A stretch of 64,000 bases of DNA from the sequence record MW822007.1; one strand, written 5' to 3'. The stretch comes from Escherichia phage BF15. The translations under genes and the position numbers were made by a program. The notes under the pieces were generated by a model. The model saw only the letters and a list, made by a program, of their open reading frames with translations, did no database searches and had not been told where the DNA came from. This document shows positions 56,691-64,000 of the stretch, in pieces (positions within the stretch are counted from its first letter, which is position 1; each line of letters starts with the position of its first letter).

Positions 56691-58670
56691 ATGACTTTAT
56701 TATCTCCGGGCATTGAGCTCAAAGAAACTACGGTTCAAAGCACCGTGGTTAATAACTCTACTGGTACAGCAGCTTTGGCCGGTAAATTCCAGTGGGGTCC
56801 TGCTTTTCAGATCAAACAGGTTACAAATGAAGTAGATTTAGTTAATACTTTTGGTCAACCTACAGCTGAAACTGCTGATTATTTTATGTCTGCAATGAAT
56901 TTCTTACAATATGGAAATGATTTGCGAGTTGTGCGTGCTGTCGATAGAGATACCGCTAAAAACTCATCTCCGATTGCTGGTAATATTGAATACACTATTT
57001 CTACCCCAGGTAGTAACTACGCGGTTGGAGATAAAATCACAGTTAAGTATGTTTCAGAAGACATTGAAACGGAAGGTAAAATTACCGAAGTAGATGCTGA
57101 TGGAAAAATTAAGAAAATTAATATTCCTACCGCAAAAATTATCGCTAAAGCGAAAGAAGTAGGTGAATATCCAGCATTAGGTTCTAACTGGACCGCGGAA
57201 ATTTCTTCGTCTTCCTCTGGTTTAGCTGCAGTAATAACTCTTGGAAAAATTATTACTGATTCCGGTATTTTATTAGCTGAGATTGAAAATGCTGAAGCTG
57301 CTATGACAGCAGTTGAATTTCAAACAAATCTCGAAAAATATGGAATTCCAGGAGTAGTAGCTCTTTATCCAGGCGAGTTGGGCGATAAAATCGAAATTGA
57401 AATCGTATCTAAAGCTGACTATGCAAAAGGTGCTTCTGCATTACTACCAATTTATCCAGGTGGCGGAACACGCGCATCTACTGCCAAAGCAGTGTTTGGA
57501 TATGGACCACAAACTGATTCACAATACGCTATTATAGTTCGTCGTAATGATGCTATTGTTCAAAGCGTTGTTCTTTCAACAAAGCGTGGTGAAAAAGATA
57601 TTTACGATAGTAACATCTACATTGATGACTTTTTCGCAAAAGGCGGTTCAGAATATATTTTCGCAACTGCACAAAACTGGCCAGAAGGATTCTCTGGAAT
57701 TTTAACTCTGTCTGGTGGATTATCATCAAATGCTGAAGTAACAGCAGGAGATTTGATGGAAGCTTGGGACTTCTTTGCTGACCGTGAATCCGTTGATGTT
57801 CAGCTGTTTATTGCTGGTTCTTGTGCCGGTGAATCTTTAGAAACAGCATCTACTGTCCAAAAACACGTCGTTTCAATTGGGGATGCTCGCCAGGATTGCT
57901 TAGTATTGTGCTCACCACCGCGCGAAACTGTAGTTGGAATTCCTGTAACTCGCGCTGTTGACAACTTAGTCAATTGGAGAACCGCAACAGGTTCATACAC
58001 TGATAATAACTTTAATATCAGTTCAACCTACGCAGCAATTGATGGTAACTACAAATATCAATATGACAAATATAACGATGTCAATCGCTGGGTTCCATTA
58101 GCAGCTGATATTGCAGGTTTATGCGCAAGAACCGATAACGTTTCTCAGACTTGGATGTCTCCAGCTGGTTATAATCGCGGCCAGATTCTTAACGTTATTA
58201 AACTTGCTATTGAAACTCGCCAAGCTCAGCGCGACCGTTTATATCAAGAAGCTATCAACCCAGTAACTGGTACAGGTGGTGATGGTTACGTATTGTATGG
58301 TGATAAAACAGCTACTTCTGTTCCTTCTCCATTTGATCGTATTAACGTTCGTCGTCTGTTTAATATGTTGAAAACGAATATCGGACGTAGTTCAAAATAT
58401 CGTTTGTTCGAATTAAACAACGCGTTTACTCGTTCATCATTCCGCACAGAAACTGCCCAATACTTACAGGGAATTAAAGCTCTCGGTGGAATTTATGAAT
58501 ATCGTGTAGTTTGCGATACAACAAATAACACTCCGTCAGTAATTGATAGAAATGAGTTTGTTGCAACATTCTACATCCAACCGGCTAGAAGCATTAACTA
58601 CATTACCTTGAACTTCGTAGCAACTGCTACTGGTGCAGATTTCGATGAGTTAACTGGTCTTGCAGGTTAA
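56691..58670 (+). CDS. 18: tail sheath protein gp18
   Basis: 659 aa. Confidence 0.93.
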   Translation: MTLLSPGIELKETTVQSTVVNNSTGTAALAGKFQWGPAFQIKQVTNEVDLVNTFGQPTAETADYFMSAMNFLQYGNDLRVVRAVDRDTAKNSSPIAGNIEYTISTPGSNYAVGDKITVKYVSEDIETEGKITEVDADGKIKKINIPTAKIIAKAKEVGEYPALGSNWTAEISSSSSGLAAVITLGKIITDSGILLAEIENAEAAMTAVEFQTNLEKYGIPGVVALYPGELGDKIEIEIVSKADYAKGASALLPIYPGGGTRASTAKAVFGYGPQTDSQYAIIVRRNDAIVQSVVLSTKRGEKDIYDSNIYIDDFFAKGGSEYIFATAQNWPEGFSGILTLSGGLSSNAEVTAGDLMEAWDFFADRESVDVQLFIAGSCAGESLETASTVQKHVVSIGDARQDCLVLCSPPRETVVGIPVTRAVDNLVNWRTATGSYTDNNFNISSTYAAIDGNYKYQYDKYNDVNRWVPLAADIAGLCARTDNVSQTWMSPAGYNRGQILNVIKLAIETRQAQRDRLYQEAINPVTGTGGDGYVLYGDKTATSVPSPFDRINVRRLFNMLKTNIGRSSKYRLFELNNAFTRSSFRTETAQYLQGIKALGGIYEYRVVCDTTNNTPSVIDRNEFVATFYIQPARSINYITLNFVATATGADFDELTGLAG

Positions 58671-58686
58671 TACGGTGCATTCTAAA

Positions 58687-58704
58687 GGCCTGTTTCGGCA
58701 GGCC
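58687..58704 (+). terminator. hairpin after gene 18 (possible terminator or processing site)
   Basis: GGCCTG-TTTCGG-CAGGCC; no strong U-run. Confidence 0.35.
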
Positions 58705-58705
58705 A

Positions 58706-58772
58706 TATAAATACACTATATCCTTAATTCTTTAATTCTATATGCCCTAGGTTAAACATAGGGATATAAATA
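58706..58772 (+). promoter_or_regulatory. two late promoters (TATAAATA at 58706 and 58765) for gene 19
   Basis: exact TATAAATA twice in the 18-19 intergenic region. Confidence 0.55.
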
Positions 58773-58786
58773 CTACAGAGGCTAAT

Positions 58787-59278
58787 ATGTTTGTAGATGA
58801 TGTAACACGAGCGTTTGAATCTGGTGATTTTGCTCGACCTAACTTATTCCAAGTAGAAATTTCTTATCTTGGACAAAATTTTACGTTTCAATGTAAAGCC
58901 ACTGCTTTACCAGCTGGTATTGTAGAAAAAATTCCAGTCGGATTTATGAACCGTAAAATTAACGTAGCAGGCGATCGCACATTCGATGACTGGACTATTA
59001 CAGTAATGAATGATGAGGCGCATGATGCACGCCAGAAGTTTGTTGACTGGCAAAGCATTGCTGCTGGGCAAGGAAACGAAATTACTGGTGGAAAACCAGC
59101 AGAGTATAAAAAGAGTGCTATTGTACGCCAATATGCTCGTGACGCTAAAACTGTAACAAAAGAAGTCGAAATTAAAGGCCTGTGGCCTACTAACGTGGGT
59201 GAACTTCAGTTAGATTGGGATTCAAACAATGAAATCCAAACCTTTGAAGTAACTCTCGCTCTCGATTATTGGGAATAA
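58787..59278 (+). CDS. 19: tail tube protein gp19
   Basis: 163 aa. Confidence 0.92.
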   Translation: MFVDDVTRAFESGDFARPNLFQVEISYLGQNFTFQCKATALPAGIVEKIPVGFMNRKINVAGDRTFDDWTITVMNDEAHDARQKFVDWQSIAAGQGNEITGGKPAEYKKSAIVRQYARDAKTVTKEVEIKGLWPTNVGELQLDWDSNNEIQTFEVTLALDYWE

Positions 59279-59285
59279 AATGAAT

Positions 59286-59299
59286 GGGGAGAAATCCCC
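59286..59299 (+). terminator. hairpin after gene 19
   Basis: GGGGA-GAAA-TCCCC. Confidence 0.3.
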
Positions 59300-59310
59300 A
59301 TCCTGCTTAA

Positions 59311-60935
<1,625 letters not shown>

Positions 60936-60936
<1 letters not shown>

Positions 60937-61184
60937 TGGAAGGTTTAATTGAAGCTATTAAATCAAACGACCTCGTAGCCGCTCGTAAATTATTTGCTGA
61001 AGCCATGGCTGCAAGAACGATTGATTTAATTAAAGAAGAAAAAATCGCTATCGCTCGTAATTTCTTAATCGAAGGTGAAGAACCTGAAGACGAGGATGAT
61101 GACGAAGACGAAGATAGTGATGATAAAGACGACAAAAAAGACAAAGACTCTGACGAAGATGACGAAGACGAGGATGATGAATAA
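60936..61184 (+). CDS. 67: prohead core protein gp67 with poly-acidic tail
   Basis: 82 aa; C-terminal ~30 residues almost entirely D/E. Confidence 0.8.
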
Positions 61185-61609
61185 TGCTTCTGATCCCTGA
61201 AACTCATGAATTAGTTCTCGAGAATGTCGAAGCACTTATTCCTGAAGCACAGGGTCGCTTTGACGAATTGTCTTCTGCTTTAAATAAAGACGATATAAAT
61301 ACAATTGTCGAGAATATGCTTGATGATGAAACCGATTTAGCAGTTGCATTAGCTTCTATTAATGAAAATATGCCGTTAAATGAATTCATTGTTAAGCATG
61401 TTTCAGCTCGTGGTGAAATTACACGTACTAAAGACCGCAAAACACGCGAACGTAATGCATTTCAAACCACTGGGCTGTCTAAAGCAAAACGTAGACAAAT
61501 TGCTCGCAAAGCTACCAAAACGAAGATTGCCAATCCAGCAGGTCAATCTCGTGCTCAGCGTAAGCGTAAAAAAGCTCTTAAACGCCGTAAAGCATTAGGA
61601 TTAAGCTAA
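61184..61609 (+). CDS. 68: prohead core protein gp68
   Basis: 141 aa; basic C-terminus. Confidence 0.8.
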
Positions 61610-62247
61610 TGAATGAACCCCAATTACTAATTGAAACTTGGGGTCAACCTGGCGAAATTATTGATGGTGTGCCAATGCTTGAATCCCACGATGGAAAAGA
61701 CTTAGGTTTAAAACCTGGTTTATACATCGAAGGAATATTCATGCAAGCAGAAGTCGTCAATAGAAATAAACGTCTTTATCCAAAACGCATATTAGAAAAA
61801 GCGGTAAAAGACTATATTAATGAGCAAGTTTTAACTAAACAAGCTCTCGGAGAATTAAATCATCCTCCACGCGCTAATGTTGACCCGATGCAAGCCGCTA
61901 TCATTATAGAAGATATGTGGTGGAAAGGAAATGACGTATACGGACGAGCTCGTGTTATTGAAGGTGACCATGGTCCTGGAGATAAATTAGCAGCTAATAT
62001 TCGTGCCGGATGGATTCCAGGAGTTTCTTCTCGTGGATTAGGTTCATTGACTGACACAAATAAAGGTTATCGTATCGTAAACGAAGGATTCAAATTAACT
62101 GTAGGTGTTGATGCAGTATGGGGTCCAAGTGCTCCAGATGCATGGGTAACTCCTAAGGAAATTACCGAATCACAGACGGCGGAAGCCGATACAAGTGCCG
62201 ATGACGCCTATATGGCTCTCGCAGAGGCCATGAAAAAAGCGTTATAA
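61609..62247 (+). CDS. 21: prohead protease gp21
   Basis: 212 aa. Confidence 0.9.
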   Translation: MNEPQLLIETWGQPGEIIDGVPMLESHDGKDLGLKPGLYIEGIFMQAEVVNRNKRLYPKRILEKAVKDYINEQVLTKQALGELNHPPRANVDPMQAAIIIEDMWWKGNDVYGRARVIEGDHGPGDKLAANIRAGWIPGVSSRGLGSLTDTNKGYRIVNEGFKLTVGVDAVWGPSAPDAWVTPKEITESQTAEADTSADDAYMALAEAMKKAL

Positions 62248-62250
62248 ATA
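62243..62250 (+). promoter_or_regulatory. late promoter TATAAATA for gene 22
   Basis: overlaps the end of gene 21. Confidence 0.55.
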
Positions 62251-62277
62251 TTATTATCTAAACAACAGGACTACAAA

Positions 62278-63087
62278 ATGCTTAAAGAACAACTGATTGC
62301 TGAAGCGCAAAAAATTGATGCTTCCGTTGCTCTTGATAGTATTTTCGAATCAGTTAATATTTCTCCGGAAGCAAAAGAAACTTTCGGCACTGTATTCGAA
62401 GCTACCGTCAAGCAGCACGCCGTTAAATTAGCTGAATCTCATATCGCTAAAATTGCTGAAAAAGCAGAAGAAGAAGTAGAAAAAAATAAAGAAGAAGCCG
62501 AAGAAAAAGCTGAGAAGAAAATCGCTGAGCAAGCTTCTAAATTCATCGACCATCTTGCGAAAGAATGGCTCGCTGAAAATAAATTAGCAGTTGATAAAGG
62601 CATCAAAGCCGAACTGTTTGAATCCATGCTTGGTGGATTAAAAGAGCTCTTTGTTGAACACAACGTTGTTGTTCCAGAAGAATCAGTTGATGTTGTGGCT
62701 GAAATGGAAGAAGAGCTGCAAGAACATAAAGAAGAATCAGCTCGTCTGTTCGAAGAACTCAATATGCGCGACGCATATATTAATTATGTGCAGCGTGAAG
62801 TGGCATTGAGCGAAAGTACTAAAGATCTGACTGAGTCTCAAAAAGAAAAAGTCTCTGCTCTGGTCGAAGGTATGGATTATTCAGATGAATTCTCAAATAA
62901 ATTGAGTGCCATCGTAGAAATGGTGAAGAAGTCTAATAAAGATGAAAGCACTATTACTGAGGGTATAAATACTCCTGATACTGAAGCAGCCGGACTGAAT
63001 TTCGTCACTGAAGCTGTAGAAGATAAAGCTGCACCTGGTGCAGAAGATATTGTAAGTGTATATGCGAAAGTCGCATCTCGTTTCTAA
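62278..63087 (+). CDS. 22: prohead core scaffold protein gp22
   Basis: 269 aa; highly charged helical. Confidence 0.9.
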   Translation: MLKEQLIAEAQKIDASVALDSIFESVNISPEAKETFGTVFEATVKQHAVKLAESHIAKIAEKAEEEVEKNKEEAEEKAEKKIAEQASKFIDHLAKEWLAENKLAVDKGIKAELFESMLGGLKELFVEHNVVVPEESVDVVAEMEEELQEHKEESARLFEELNMRDAYINYVQREVALSESTKDLTESQKEKVSALVEGMDYSDEFSNKLSAIVEMVKKSNKDESTITEGINTPDTEAAGLNFVTEAVEDKAAPGAEDIVSVYAKVASRF

Positions 63088-63105
63088 TTTTAAAGGTTAA
63101 CACAA

Positions 63106-64000
63106 ATGACTATCAAAACTAAAGCTGAACTTTTGAACAAATGGAAGCCATTACTGGAAGGTGAAGGTTTATCGGAAATTGCTAATAGCAAACAAGCGAT
63201 TATCGCTAAAATCTTTGAAAACCAGGAAAAAGATTTCCAGACAGCTCCAGAGTACAAAGACGAAAAAATTGCTCAGGCATTCGGTTCTTTCTTAACAGAA
63301 GCTGAAATCGGTGGTGACCACGGTTACAACGCTACTAACATCGCTGCTGGTCAGACTTCTGGCGCAGTAACTCAGATTGGCCCAGCTGTTATGGGTATGG
63401 TACGTCGTGCTATTCCTAACCTGATTGCTTTCGATATTTGCGGTGTTCAGCCGATGAACAGCCCAACTGGTCAGGTATTCGCACTGCGCGCAGTATATGG
63501 TAAAGACCCAATCGCTGCCGGCGCTAAAGAAGCATTCCACCCAATGTATGGTCCAGATGCAATGTTCTCTGGTCAGGGTGCTGCTAAGAAATTCCCAGCT
63601 CTGGCTGCTAGCACACAAACCGTTGTAGGTGATATCTATACTCACTTCTTCCAGGAAACTGGTACTGTGTATCTGCAGGCTTCTGCTGTAGTAACAATCG
63701 ATGCTGGTGCATCTGACGCAGCTAAATTAGATGCAGAAATTAAGAAACAAATGGAAGCTGGTGTACTGGTAGAAATCGCTGAAGGTATGGCTACTTCTAT
63801 CGCTGAACTCCAGGAAGGTTTCAACGGTTCTACCGATAACCCATGGAATGAAATGGGCTTCCGTATCGATAAACAAGTTATCGAAGCTAAATCTCGTCAG
63901 CTGAAAGCTGCTTACTCTATCGAATTAGCACAAGACCTCCGCGCTGTTCACGGTATGGATGCTGATGCTGAACTGTCTGGTATTCTGGCTACCGAAATCA
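63106..64000 (+). CDS. 23: major capsid protein gp23, N-terminal ~298 codons (runs off window end)
   Basis: MTIKTKAELLNKWKPLLEGEGL start; frame open to the window end. Confidence 0.92.
   Translation, partial: MTIKTKAELLNKWKPLLEGEGLSEIANSKQAIIAKIFENQEKDFQTAPEYKDEKIAQAFGSFLTEAEIGGDHGYNATNIAAGQTSGAVTQIGPAVMGMVRRAIPNLIAFDICGVQPMNSPTGQVFALRAVYGKDPIAAGAKEAFHPMYGPDAMFSGQGAAKKFPALAASTQTVVGDIYTHFFQETGTVYLQASAVVTIDAGASDAAKLDAEIKKQMEAGVLVEIAEGMATSIAELQEGFNGSTDNPWNEMGFRIDKQVIEAKSRQLKAAYSIELAQDLRAVHGMDADAELSGILATEI

Noticed and set aside
62439-62762. 107-aa Ser/Ala-rich minus-strand ORF
   Set aside because: Antisense within gene 22, whose Glu/Lys-rich coding sequence gives a low-complexity open frame on the other strand.

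Overview
This window is a T4-like (T-even, Tevenvirinae) myovirus genome segment in the standard T4 orientation. Positions 1-36084 are the minus-strand early and accessory region, in T4 gene order: nrdH-like redoxin, nrdG, nrdD, 49 (endonuclease VII), nrdC, the nrdC.x/mobD-region ORFs, rI, tk, tk.1-4, vs, vs.1, regB, vs.3-8, internal-protein genes, lysozyme e, nudE, an eight-tRNA cluster with a segB-like endonuclease, the ipI locus, 57B, 57A, and genes 1, 3, 2, 4. Positions 36132-64000 are the plus-strand late structural module: baseplate 53, 5, 5.1, 5.4, 6-12, fibritin wac, 13-15, terminase 16/17, sheath 18, tube 19, portal 20, prohead 67, 68, 21, 22 and the 5-prime part of 23. Protein lengths match T4 for most structural genes, and nrdD is intron-less. 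Identifications rest on my recall of T4 proteins and on synteny, not on database searches. The most interesting content is accessory. (1) Four tandem paralogous early genes, each ending in a coiled coil (6373-10353). (2) Six genes carrying the internal-protein capsid-targeting leader, two of them novel, flanking an internally deleted denV. (3) A free-standing endonuclease insertion between nrdD and nrdG that carries a diverged duplicate of the nrdG 5-prime end. (4) A macro-domain gene, a GrcA-like glycyl-radical spare part, and candidates for Acb1 (57B) and Acb2 (vs.4). (5) Tandem small-membrane-protein paralogs next to a long coiled-coil protein, and a nucleotidyltransferase/ATPase pair. No single clearly novel multi-gene system could be demonstrated from sequence alone; the paralog array is the best candidate.
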